In this document: positions 11,851 to 24,468 of the stretch, in pieces
How the letters are laid out: each line of letters starts with the position of its first letter
How positions within the stretch are numbered: position 1 is the stretch's first letter
NCBI GenBank assembly: GCA_020536535.1
Contig: JAHLWZ010000476.1
Coordinates: 27,283-91,282, forward strand
Length of the DNA stretch: 64,000 bases
Direction: 5' to 3'
Origin: Pelomyxa schiedti
Lineage: Eukaryota > Protista > Evosea
The notes under the pieces: model-generated
Told to the model about the DNA's origin: nothing
What the model saw: the letters and a program-made list of their open reading frames with translations, nothing else
Database searches by the model: none
Position numbers and translations under genes: made by a program

Positions 11851-14800
11851 TTAGGATTTGTTTGTGGCTACATTAACCTGATGAAGCCAACAGGAGGCTT
11901 CTTTTAGTTTTGTTAACCACTTGGCCTTTTGGTCTGCAGTGTTGCAGGTTATACTGAACACTAATAGCGAATTGAGGTTGGAACGATTACAAAAGGAAAT
12001 GAAAGCTACCTTTGCTATCGGTGGCAAGTTGGAAAGTAGTGTCTGTGTCTTCAGTGACACTGCTGTTAAGTAGGCTCGCACTATTCACATATTTGTACAC
12101 TTCTTGCCCTAATAAGGTAGGTATTTGAATATACTCAAACATCGAAATAGCGGAATAGGAATTAGTCACACACCAGTTTTATTGAAGAAGGTCTTTTTTG
12201 CTGTGTGAGTTTCCACAATAATGTCGTTAAACAGGAACAGGTAGCGAGGAACAAGTCCTTTTTCTGACTTGAGCATTACTGCACCCTTTTTTGAAAATAA
12301 ATAGAGCACTTAAAAATGAAGGCGGGTGAACCTCGTGTATAAAGCGGCGTTGTGGTTGCACTAACGGTTTATCAGGCATTATCGGGTCCTGTTTGAGAAA
12401 GCATCAAAACAATTTGCTTCATTTTTGTCCTCTTACCACAAATTTCCCCACTATAACGTCTTCAATATCTTTCACTTTAAGCATGGCTTCTGCATCTCTC
12501 TTCTACAGGATTTATTAGATTAGATTCCCATTTGGCAATACAGATTACCTTCTCATTAATATGCAGAGCAACACTTTTCATTTGTGCGTGACTTTCAGTA
12601 AGTTGCCGATAATCGGGTTGCGTTTTATCAGCGTACTTGACAATTTGTTCCAAGAGCATAACATATCTTTGTGGTGTGATGCTATGCTCCAAAGTGACTT
12701 TTATACCTTGGGATACGCTGGACAGGAAGGATTAAAAACGAGAAGATATCCATTCCTGCTATCTGTTTTTGTTTCTGGAAAATCCATTAAACTTGTCACA
12801 ATAAACTGTCTTTTACTTGCAACCAAGATGCAAATTCTGGTGTTTGTGACAGTCCGCCTATTACTGTGCAAGCCCTTTCGTATGTGGATACCCAAAGTGT
12901 ATACACTTTCAGGAAGGCACACTAATAGAATTACGTCAGTTATGGAATAAGGAGTGGGGAGGTACAATTCCCATAAAAACTGTACCGAAAGCAGGTGCTG
13001 TAGGAGATTTTGTGACTGCTGCATTCAGCTGTGCCAAAAAGATAGTGTTGTAGTTTTTAATAATGTCGATTGTCGAAAATGTGTTGGAGTTAGTTAAGGC
13101 TTGACAAGTTTTTTGTTGAGACAAAGGGCTGGGGGTTAGGATATGCTATGAGTTTCTTCTGGGCATACTGACTCAGGGAGTGATTTCATTGGCTTTAAAT
13201 AAACGTTGATCAGAACCTCGAGATTTTTCAAGTAAGTTGTTTCTGACTAAGTAAATATTCAGAATTAGGTGTGGCAACATTACCAGTGGAAAGAAGCTCC
13301 GCAATTGCTGAGCCTTGATTGATTTTCCTCTTTTCTTCATCAACTACTTCTTCTATAGGTGCTGGCTCTTTGAATGGAACTCGTAGTTAGGGATAGAAGA
13401 GAAATTATTGTGAAAATGCCTGGTGCCACTGGTTCCTCCTGCGTGTCAGGTGTTTTGTTGCACACTGGTGCCTCAGTAGTGGGTTGGGGTTCAGTTGACT
13501 GCCGTGTTAGTTTAGGTGGAGGGGAAGTGCTTTTTTCAGGTGGATTGTTGTAGTGCGTGGGGGGAGGTGTTGTACATCGATTGGTACTTCGAACGACTGG
13601 AACAGAAGAACGAGATCTTCTTCGGCTTGGAGGAGGGGGTGGGGCTGGAATTAAGAGAGCAGGTGCTGAAGGAAGAGAAGGGGCACATGCTGGTGGGTTG
13701 GATGCAGCTGTCCGAGGTAGTGATTTCTTAAGTATCTTCTCCAGGCGAACCTGAATTTTTGATGGAATTAGATCTCTTCCTATCGGGGGGCTTGCACGAA
13801 ATTTGAGGATCTACATTAAAAGTACTTGCAGATGAGGGAGGGAGAGCAGAAAGCAAGTCCGTCAACAATGTCACCATTTCAGAAACCAACGCATCTCGCT
13901 CTTTTTCCTTTGCTTGAAGAACATCCACTTGGCTTCTGAGTTTCCTAGCAAAGTATTAAGTTAAACTTAACCAATCAGAATAGGAAGAGTACTCTAGTTC
14001 ACTGCGTTCAATAGACACAAGTCCACTGCCACCGGGGGATATAGTAGTTGGAAGGACAAATGGTTTCATTCCCAGACCCCCACAAACAATGCCTAGGCAA
14101 GCATTCAGTGCCATCCCAAAATTACATCCATCAAACTTATCCACATGTTGTGCCTTACCATCCAATTGGTTTTGTTGTGATTGTACAACAGTCTCGTTTG
14201 GCTTCTCCTGCGCACCAGTCCCATAATTCCCGTCCCTCGCCTCAACGAAAGTGGATGAACTCGCCGTCGTGATCACAGTCGGGCACATTCCAGCGTCCCT
14301 GTGGTGGTGCCGGATGGCATGCGGCGAAGTCGGCGAAAGCAAAGGGGAAGGGGAAGGAGAAGGGGACGCCGACGGCGAAGGAGAAGCCGAGGAGGAAGCC
14401 GAAGAAGAGCCCGGCTTGATGGAATAGTTACAGTTTGCCAGCGAAAACTGGGACTCCCTCGTGGCCTGCGGGCACACAACAGTGATCGTCGGCGACGACG
14501 CGGCGAGGCTCCTGATGGGGTTCCTGCTCCTGTGGTGATGGTGCCGCCCCCCGTGCGGCTCCTTCGGCCCCGCGCCCAAGGCCGCCGCGGCGCCGCTTTC
14601 CTTGTCCCCCCCGCCCCCGCCTACTGCGCCGCTGCTCACGGGCGAAGAGGGGAGCAACAGCAGGCTCTGAGGCTGGGCTGCGGGGGGCGACGGGGGCAGC
14701 AGGGGCGAGGGCGACGGGGAGAGGGAGGGCGAGGGGGACGGCGAGGACGACGACGAGCCCCCGGTGGTGCCCGTCGCCGAGGAGGCCGAGGCCGACGGCG

Positions 14801-15137
14801 ACGACTGCGGCGGCTCCGGGCTCCACGACCCGCGGCGGGCCGCCGGCGCCGCGGAAGCCCCCGTGGCCAGCTCCAGCGACGGCGACGGCGGCGTCACCGC
14901 GATCCCCGGCGGCGGCGGCACCACGGGCATGTGGATCTGGCCGTGTCCCGGCACCGAGGCTATAGGCACACATGCAGTGGGGGGCCCCACGTAGGGAGGC
15001 GGCGGAGGCGTGGGAGGCGGGGGCGGGGGGGGAGGAGGCGCCGGCGGAGGTGGTATGTCGTTGGGCGGCGGGAGGAGTGGTGGGAGTATCCCGTCTAGGA
15101 TGTCGTCGACTTCGGCGTGGTGGCCAGGGTCACCCAT
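11851..15137 (-). CDS. Dbl-family RhoGEF (DH-PH) with Pro/Ser-rich N-terminus
   Basis: ELLSTETTYLKNL, IFSTIDII, ITPQRYVMLLEQIVK, HINEK (DH); RRFIHEG and RYLFLFNDII (PH); polyproline N-terminal exon. Confidence 0.9.
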
Positions 15138-15285
15138 CGTTGGGGTACCAATTTAATTAGCGGAAGAATGCAGTTTTTTTTTTTTTATTGGCGATTGGTT
15201 TAGGAGAAAAAAAACCGAAGAAACGACTCTGGAAGAGCATTTCTATCGCTAGAAAACGACGATGATGGGGTGTTTGTTTGATAAG

Positions 15286-18200
15286 CTAAAGGGCAGAGAG
15301 GTTGCATAACACAGAGGCGCCGAGTGAGGGAATTAGTGGCAGGTATGTGCTTGAGCAGTGCATTGTGCCGGATACACACATGGTGCAGCCCACATAGCCG
15401 CCACAGTGCTTGCAGCTTTCAGTAAGCCTGGAGGCTGTTTTAATTACATCCGATATCATCGTGAAGAGCCCTTCACATGCCCCTATAAAAGTGATTCGGG
15501 TTGTTTGGAAGTATCACAGAGTTGGAGTGAAACCTACCGGTTCCATTTTCATAAGCGTCCACCAGGAAAGCCGCAGCGGAGCAGGGTGGGATAGTCGTGT
15601 CATTAGCATCGTTGGTGGAAAGCATATGTAGAGAGGCCACATTGACCAACTGGTGAAGAAGTGTGTGCAAGGAACTACTGGCACACGCCTCAACGGGAAC
15701 ACATGTCCTGAAATCGCCAAATGCATTTGCCCATTTCTTGAGAGTGGAGCGTGCAAATTCTATTGCCGATTTTAACGGGGTACTGGAAGGTATCAGGTTG
15801 TTTGTTTCATTGGGAGATCGGCCATTTGACACAATATCATTGTACTTGGCAAGTATTACTGGAGCTATAGATTGCAGGTAGAGACCAGCAGCTTCCGTAT
15901 AGGATACCCTCAGATAGGGAGTGTCATAGCTGTCTGTGTGAGGGTGGGAGTATTTATTTGTCTTAGTATGGACTGCGGTGCTTTTAACTTTATATCCATG
16001 CAGGGTAGTGGTGACGGTGCCCCAGCCAAGTTCAATATGTAATTCCCCCTTAATGTTTGCAGTGTGATTGATCAGGAATCTTTTCTTCTGCCAGGGCTGT
16101 GTTGATGCTACACGTCTGTCAATTATTGGGAATTGTCTGGAGGCTAAAGCTTCGGTTGCGGTAATTGCTGTTAGCATGGCTGTTGGTGGATCAGAGTCAA
16201 TATCAAGGCTCGTTACTCTATAGTACTTCGACTGATTTGCCTGACTGTAAACAGTGTGTGTTGCCCCAGGGAAAAAATGAAGCAATGCATGTTGCACAGA
16301 AACAGGCTCAAGGTTACCACCACAGCTAATGACGACTTGCACTTGTTTCTTTGACTTAGAAACTGCAGTTAAGCAGAGGATTGGGGGATAGTTGGGAACC
16401 ATACAGAGTCTGACCCTCTAACACTTAAGAGTTTGTGCGGGTACTCTTTGCTTCGCCATATTACGGTTCCGTTTAGATTTACAGCATAAAGCTATAGAAA
16501 TTAGAGGGAAAAACTAAATGAACTGAAATTTAGTACCTTATCAACAAGTGATTCAAATGCGGAAAGACCACGAGCACCGAACAATTGTTCAACCTGCTCT
16601 CTGGTGATTCCTTGTTCAGCCGAGGCACACCAAAGGTGCATTCTGACAATTGTTGGATAATCAGGATTAAAGATAACTGCCTAGAGCAAGGGTAGCAATA
16701 ACAGAAGATAAGAGTAAAAGATAGTTCCAGTAGTTAAATTGCACCTCAACATTTCCATCCCACATGGCTTCTGGATTTGTGGCAAAGAAACAATCAGTGG
16801 CACACTCAGCATTGGGTAAATAAATAGCTAAGCCAGGCTCTCTTCTTCCAGCACGGCCAACTCTTTGCTTGAGGCTCACTCGTGACCCAGGGTAACCCAT
16901 TAATAAACAACAGTCTAAAGCAGGAATGTCTACACCGGCTTCAAGTGCGTTGGTGGCAATAAGAATCTGGGCCATAGCATGAAATCACGAAGGGATGCTT
17001 TTTCAGTCACCTGAACACTGCCGGTGCGCACGTTTTCAAGAATGGTCTGCTTGCTGGTTACATCTATACCTGCGTGGAAGCACTTCACTGACAATTTTGG
17101 AAATTTCTTCTACAAGTGAGTACAATTGACAGGGTAATGCAACTTACTTGAGAAAAGACTGAGGCAAGTTCTGCAAGTTGCTGGAGGGTGTTGCAAAAAA
17201 TAATCCCTTGGCACCTATGCAAAGCCCATTCAGCTGCAATCCGGGCACCATCATGAAGAAAGTCACTTGATGGAGCTAGTACAACAATGCCACGACAAGG
17301 TGAAGATGCTCCACTGTTTGAGGTGTAAGAAGTATAAATAGGGTATTGATACCTTTTCATTATAGTGTGCAGTCTTCCTTCCTCGGAATGGCGGTTGGTC
17401 AATTTGAAGCACATGTCAGGGGCATTGGCAACAGTGGCAGTGGCAATAATAAACTGTAACTTCTGAGGATCCCCGCCACAATTCTGAATAGAAAGGTAGA
17501 GTCTTGTGTGCTCAATTAGGTGGATAGAGCGGCGGCAGACCTACCTGCGAATGACATTGGACACGTTTGTCCCGAATATTCCAGTATATGAGTGGGCTTC
17601 ATCAAGGATGATGATATGCAAACAGCGAAGGAACTCTTTCCAGCCCCTCCAACTATTCTTCAGCAGATGGTGGAGCATATCCGGATTTGTTATGACAATG
17701 TCAGGTGGGATCCCAGAAGAGAAGATTTTCTCCCTCTCTTCGAGTGTTGTCCCACCAATAATTGTGGCAATGTGAAAACGTGCAGCTGCTTACAGTGAGC
17801 CACAATAAAAGAAGAAGGCGACTACATAGTGGCCTGGTATTGTTTAACTGATGGAGATTATTTTCCTGGTCTTTCAGAAGAGCATTCAGGGGGAAAAGGT
17901 ACCTGTTTATAAATTAAAAAGTTTCAAGAGAGAAACGATTTTACAGTGCTGTGCGATGTTGAGGAGAAGCAAGTAGCATGTCAAAGGTTGCCATGTTGAA
18001 GCAAAGAGATTTTCCTCATAAACTGAGAGGTGGGCATAATAGAGGCAAGGATTTACCAGAACTTGTGGGAGTTATGACAACGACATCCAGTCCTTTCTTA
18101 CAAGCAGACCACGTTTCGACTTGGTGACGAAAAAGCTGACCAAAGCCACAATTCTTCAAAGCAAGAGCAAGATGTCCTACGGGTTCAATTGTTCAACCAG

Positions 18201-18937
18201 TTGTTGGTAAGAATAGCATGAACATCCAAACCATGGAGATCAGGGGGAATCGGACAAAAGTCAGCCGGTACAGCAGGATAAAGTTTAGTGTGATGAACTT
18301 GTGAGACATTCTGGATGCGAATAAACAGATCAGCAAAAGCAGGCGGGACGCCACTCGCTGCCGCCGTCGGGGCCTCCGACTCCCCCACGTGGGACTTCTC
18401 CGCAGCGCAACTTCCGCCAACACCACTCCCACTCCCACTCTCAACCACAGATCTCTCGCCCTCGGTGCCAGTCCTCGCCGTAGACGTAGATTTGGAAGTC
18501 GTAGATCCGCCCACGGCCTCCGGCCCCACCCCCTCCTTCCTCGCGCCGTCGTTGTTTCCCAGCAGATGTGCCCTTCCCTGCGGCCCATCACACCCACGCG
18601 CAGCCGCGCCGGGTGTTGTTGTCACCGCCGGCGCGCCGCCCGTTGTTGCCCCGCCCCCTTGCCCCGGCGGTGCCAACTTGGGCGGCCCGGCGCCGCCTCG
18701 GCTCCTCGAGCTGCTGCTGGTGCTGCTGCGGGGCTGCTGCGCGTGGGCGCCGGTTTGCGCGACTGCCACTGCTGCGGCGGAGGTGTGGGCACCGACTTGG
18801 GGCGGGCGAGGGAGGAAGGAGGCGACTGTCACGCGGCGGGACGCCACGTCGCTCCTTGTGTCGAGGGGTACGAGCAGCCTGGCCTTCTTGGGCTCCGGGG
18901 GCAGTGCCGCTGTCTCTGGTCGGATGTTTGGCTTCAT
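15286..18937 (-). CDS. Hrq1/MrfA-type DEAH helicase with C-terminal DUF1998 zinc-binding domain
   Basis: FRHQVE, VVITPTSSGKS, DEAH, IATAT, ATNALEAGVDI, QRVGRAGRR, HTLLH, DAYENGTG and C-terminal CKHC..GCTMC..HC. Stop at 15286. The start ATG is uncertain. Confidence 0.88.
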
Positions 18938-18974
18938 CGTCGGAATTTTTTTGGAGTTGAAAAAAAAAAAAGTC

Positions 18975-20267
18975 ATGTTTGCCACGAGTGTCGCTACTGG
19001 CACGAGGGAGTGGTTCTGTGAGGACGCGAGATTGTCAATCGAGAAGTGGCCGGAGGGTCTGCTGGCACTGTCGGCGCCTTCTCGTGCAGTGCCCATGTCG
19101 CGGGGCACCATCGCCGCAGTTCTTAGAAACAGCGATCTCTACTGTGGTGACGAGGACGAGGACGAGGATGCAGAAGGAGAGGCAAGCGACGACCGTGCGA
19201 ACGAGGAGCTGGTCAGAACTTTGACAGAGCAAATCGACGACCACGTGAGGGCGTTTGGGGGTGCTGCATTTGTGAAAATTGGGCGGTCTCCCAAAGGTGC
19301 TGCTTTGTTTTTTTTTTACCCGCTTCCAGTGTGTTGGGATTGAATGCGTTCAAATGCGCAGATGTTGTATATTGTGAGGCGAGTGAGGCTTTGGAGAGGA
19401 GACTTTATGAAGAACTCACGAAAATTGCTGAGAGCATGGATGGTACTGAAACACCTGCGGAGATTTCGAATTTGGAGGTTACTGGTCTATTTCCTGGGCA
19501 ATGGATTTTCCATTTTTCCAGATACTCACCCCACTTTCTAGCTTATTGCATTCACAGCAAGTGCGAATTCGTGTCTCCAAATCCGTTCAGGAAAGGAGGC
19601 CGTTCAACTTCTATTCAATCAGTCTGTACGAGTGAATCAAGATCTACAACGGTTTGTGTTTATTGTTTTGTTTCATGACAGTATATTAGAACACTGGAGT
19701 TGAGTGCTGAAGAGTATCCTTGCAGCGTCATAGTCCGCCAATGGGTTCAAATTTCACCATGTGATGAATACAGGGTCTTTATTCACGATGGGAACCTAAC
19801 GGCGATATCCCAATATTATCATCATTGCTTTTTTGGTCACAGCTGGTGTGCAAGAATTCCGGAAGTATCGGCACTCATACAGGAGTACTACCAAAGCCGT
19901 ATATATCCAGTGATGGTAAGGCGATCCTATGTGATGGACTTAGCAGGTATCTTCATAGATAGAAGATAGATTGGCGGTACCATCTTACCTACCAAGCATT
20001 TTCTTTCTAGTACACCAGGGACATGTTTTTCTGATAGAGCTAAACCCGCTACACTACAGCACCGACGCATGCTGCTTTTCCTGGAACAATCGCACTGACG
20101 TGGGTATTGTACTCTCACCAGCACAAACACCATCAAGGCCACCCACAGTGAGGTGGGTTCAGGCTGTACCCCCCATTGAGGAGACCAAAGGACAGATAGT
20201 ACCCTATTGGGCCAGGAAAATTGCTGCATTTTGGAGCTCCAAGTGCAGTAAAAGCAACTCCACATAG
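18975..20267 (+). CDS. Cdc123/D123-like ATP-grasp protein (R2K type)
   Basis: SIEKW, AFVKIGRSPK|D, S.RV.QDL, IVRQWV, EYRVFIHDGNLTAISQY, YVMDLA, LIELNP and TDACCFSW across four or more exons. Confidence 0.85.
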
Positions 20268-20325
20268 GAGCGGGCCAGAAAAAACAAAAAGGTTTGGTTC
20301 AAAATTTTTAGTTAAACAGTTTGTA

Positions 20326-23300
20326 CTATGGTAAATTCTTCAAAATTGCTGAGTACGTGACTTCACTGATATGTGTCCGATTAAAATCGTCAGTGAGTTG
20401 AAGGTGAGAGGCCGTTTCTTGGCATAGTGTGTCATAGATGTAGGTAAACGAGGGCCGTGACGGTGGAAGGGGATCCCAGCATTGCTTAAGAACCTCGGCC
20501 AGTGAAGGGGGGCATTCTGGTGGAATTGCTAATCTTTCACCGGCATTAATAAGCCCACGGATGTGGGCCTCAGGTAATCCGATGAACGGGACTTGCCCAT
20601 TAGTCAAAAGCTGAAAGGGGGTGAGTTGGGGCTAAAGAAAAGAGGCAGGAGTCCATTTACCTCCCATATGGCAACTCCGAGACTATATTTTTTGAGTGAG
20701 TTGGAAAGTTCAGGTGGAAAAAATGAGAAGAAACTACCTCCAAACGTCGGAAGCACTTGTGCATATTCCACTGTTGAGTGTTTCTATTGCCGCCCATCGG
20801 CATGCAACAACTGACAATGTTGTTCGATAGTCTTCAACAGAAAATGTTGCAAGTCCAAAATCCTAATACCAAAAAGTTAATAGAGCCTTTGAAGTTGATT
20901 CAGTATGGCTTACAGAAATCAACACTCTATAGCCGTGGGAATGTTTTGTGTACAATAAATTTCTAGCTGCTAGATCTCTGTGGACAATTCGCAAAGTACA
21001 GAGATATTCCATTCCAGCAGCAGCATCAGCAGCCATCCGCAGCCGGGTGTCCAAGCTAAGGTTATGGTTTCTAACTGTAATATCATCAATGTACTTCTTT
21101 TTATTGGGTGCAGTTGACGAAACCCAAATCAAGAGTGTTCCCATCGCAAAGTTCCATCACCAAGAATTTCTGTGTCTCATATTTGGCATGTCCAAATACT
21201 TGAACAACATGAGGGTGCCGTAGGGTAGTTAAGATATTGAGTTCTTCGAAATTGGGTCTTGTGGGGTCCTTCGAAGCTGAAAGAGACTTCATTGCTACAA
21301 GAGTTGTGCCCGCCCAAATTCCTCGGAATATGTGCCCAAAATTTCCCCTACCTTTCTTTTTGGTTAATGCAAAAGTATAATTACTTGCAAGAGTGAACCA
21401 TGAACAGTGAGTGGTACAACATTCGTGAGGTTTCTCATCTCCGGGGCTGCAATCCCTCCCAGATGGAAATAAGATAACACAAATCGAATTTTAGCTCTGT
21501 CCCCAATACTTACGCCCAGTGTATCAAAATTCGAGTCAGTGAGATAACTGAGTGACTCGGTTGTGTCCACTTGATTTTCAACAAGTAGTTGAGCAAGGTG
21601 TTTCGCATTGGGATATCCAATACCAGCTGTAACTAGAAGGTTCTCTAAAGATGGTGACGTGAGAGGTAGATTTTGTTGTGAAGACTGTGGTGGGTGTGAC
21701 GAATGGACCGGCAGAAGTGATGGTGGCCGTGGCCCTTGCTCAGGTGCAGACATGGGCGGGAGAGGGGAACGAGAAGAGGAGGATGTTGGGGATGGAATAG
21801 TAGTTACTAGACATTGCTGAAACTGGCTACTTGCATTGCCAGGCAGCAATTCATTTGGGCTTGTAGGATGTACAGTCTGGGGTGATAGTGATGTTGGTGG
21901 TCGGTGCACAATATGTCGTGGATGTTCAGAGGTATATGGTGGCTGATTGTCGGAATGTTCATTTTGAGTGGCAGACGTAGTGTTGTGTTTGTTTGCAATA
22001 TTAATGGAAATGGAGGACGATTGCAGCAGCGAAGACTCTGTGGAACTAAGTGTATTTCCTTCTGAGTTCTTAGTCTGGTCACCATGCTTTAGGAGATGAG
22101 TCTCCACAGCCTCAATTACCCCATTAATATTTGGCCTTTGGCTGGGGTCAAGACTCAGCATCTTGAATATTAAATGCTGTAGTTTTCCACCTTTCTTAAA
22201 AATACATGCATGCACGGCCGCAAGGCTGTTGACAGATGGAGGACCTGGAACAGTAAAGGCTCCCCGGTTGTTTAGGAGGAGAAACAGCAAACAGCCCAAG
22301 GACCATATCTTTTCACAGTTACAACTAGACTGGAAAAAGGACTCATACATCACTGGAAGTGTGTGATTTGCAAGGATCTGAAGAAAAGAGTTCAGGAGCA
22401 GGGTAAACAGCATTCATCTATCAATTCGGTCATCCTACTTGAGATAGAAAGGAAAAAGGAAAAACCCTTTGAATTCTGTCCTCGTGTGTTAAATATGTAT
22501 CACCAGAGCAAACCATCGAGAAGTTGGCAAGTTTGTAGAGCTTTTCTTTACGAAAAACGTTCTGTGCACACACGTTGTAGTGAACGAGGTTATGCATATG
22601 TAGTGCCGCCACTCCGAGGCAAATTTGATGGAATGTGCACAGTGGACCTCCAACAATATTGCCACGAGGGCTATCTATTCAAGTTAATAACTACTCAAAA
22701 GGGAGAAGGCTTGCCTGCAGTGGAGGATGTTGAAGGTGGAGAAGATGGTGGGGATACTTGGACAAGTTCATCTGATAGAGCTTTGTCGCAGTGTTCCAAC
22801 AACATAACGTACTGCGTCACGCCATTAATCTGTGCGGGACTGTGCTCCTCTAAAGCCATTATGTGCTGTGACGTGAATCGATGGTGTGTTAACAGATCTC
22901 TATGAAAGAGTAAATACGGAACTTGGCCAAGGATTCAGCACACATTTCTGTCTGCATCTGGCGAGACAACTTCAGTGGAAGAATTTTTGCCGCAAAATGT
23001 GCTGAAGGTCCATTTGAGTGTTCTTTTGGCGCACGAGACTGTTGTGGTGCTTCTGAGAGCCAAAGTTGTCTTGGTGAGTAATGTGGTTGTAAAGTTCGAG
23101 TTGGTGGTGACCCTCTTGGAGATTTTGGCACAATTAGAGGAGGGAGTTTTGGAGAGTGTTGAGGTGACTGAATCTTAGATCTAGCAGATTTTGGCACAAT
23201 TTCTAAAGGCGGAAGGACACGTCGCGGGAGAGGAGGAGAATCTGCAGTTCTTTTTTGCCATAGTGTAGGCGGACCTCTTTTTTTTGCCAAGGTGGAGCCA

Positions 23301-23842
23301 GTTGAGGGTGACCTAGGTCGTATCCCATTTGTAGTTGGTGAAGATATGTCTGGTGATGTTTCTGAATGTATTCGGAGATGCAGTAGTGGGGGTGGAAGAA
23401 ATGATAGTGATTGAGTAGGTAGTGGTTTTAGTTTTACGGATTTTTTCGGCAAAGGTTGTGTTTGTGATAAGGAGTGATACTGTTGCCCTTGTGACACAAA
23501 TGAGTGTGAGAGGGAGTGTGGAGGAGATGTGGTTGGGGAAGGTGAATTGCTTGAAGAAGCTGAATGAGAAGAAAGTTTATTGGACATAGATTGCGGGGAA
23601 ATAAACATAGGGCCATCGTATCCACTAGGTCCTCTCTCAAGTGGTACATATTTGACATCACAACTTGAATCACATGACGAGGACCTTCTATGGGGAGGTA
23701 GTGGCGCCCTTCCAGTTCTGACTTCTCCGCGTTGGGGGTGAGTGGGCCCCTTTGTGTTGTGCCGTGTATTTGCAGTGTCCTCAATGCCAGTTAATTTCTT
23801 AGTGTGGCTTTTGGAGTGCGTGTGGCTGGTGGGTGATGTCAT
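20326..23842 (-). CDS. Tandem kinase: low-complexity N-terminus, pseudokinase, SAM domain, tyrosine-kinase-like catalytic domain
   Basis: N-terminal kinase fold with AAK, HYNVCAQN and LANFS. SAM: LSYLTDSNFDTLGVSIGDRAKI. C-terminal kinase: GRGNFG, VAMK, HRDLAARN, DFGL, RWAAIE, SDVW. The start is uncertain. Confidence 0.85.
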
Positions 23843-24468
23843 CGCTGGTAGGATGTCTTGGGGTGACAGTAACGGTGGAGAGACAGATCTTGCGTTACAC
23901 AAGCACTGTGGAAGATCCCGCGTACGCAAGGAGATCCGCATATGGTCGCTCGGTCTGTCGTCAGTTGGCAACACTTCCTCCACCGAATAGAGTGTGTCCA
24001 ATGCAGTGGACGATATAGTATGCCCCAACGAGAACCATCTGCCTAAGTGCCTTATTACTTACCATGTTTACAAGTAAAAAATAAAGAAATAAAGAAAAAA
24101 GGGAAAAAGACGGAGGCGACTCGCGCTGCAGTAAAAACGTGAAAAAAACAGAAAGTCCAGGGTCGTTGCTTCAACCTGAACGCAGGCAAAAACGGTCCAT
24201 GTCCCAACGAAGGGAGAAAAAAAAAAAAGAAAGACTCACTTAGCGTAATTGACATGTGTCAAAAGATTTGATAAGCCGGCGTGTCCGACATTGACACGAA
24301 AAGTCAAAGGAGATGCACAGCTTGCCAGAACCCCCTGTGTGGAAAGGAAAATTCCCTTTTTTGTCAAACTTGCACTGATCAATCCCTGTGGATGGTGACA
24401 GGTTTGGGCCAAGCAGAACAAGGTGATCCCGACCAAGGTTTATGATGTGGTACCTCATCTCTTCCACC

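Noticed and set aside
14273-15160. Multiple overlapping long ORFs in GC-rich segments (also 2519-3248, 18315-19021, 41413-42224)
   Set aside because: Stop-codon scarcity in high-GC, low-complexity coding DNA; no domain signal.
15286-20267. DUF1998 helicase plus neighbour as a prokaryotic defence operon (DISARM/Druantia-like)
   Set aside because: The genes are intron-rich and divergent, Hrq1-type helicases are normal in eukaryotes, and no methylase or partner genes are present.
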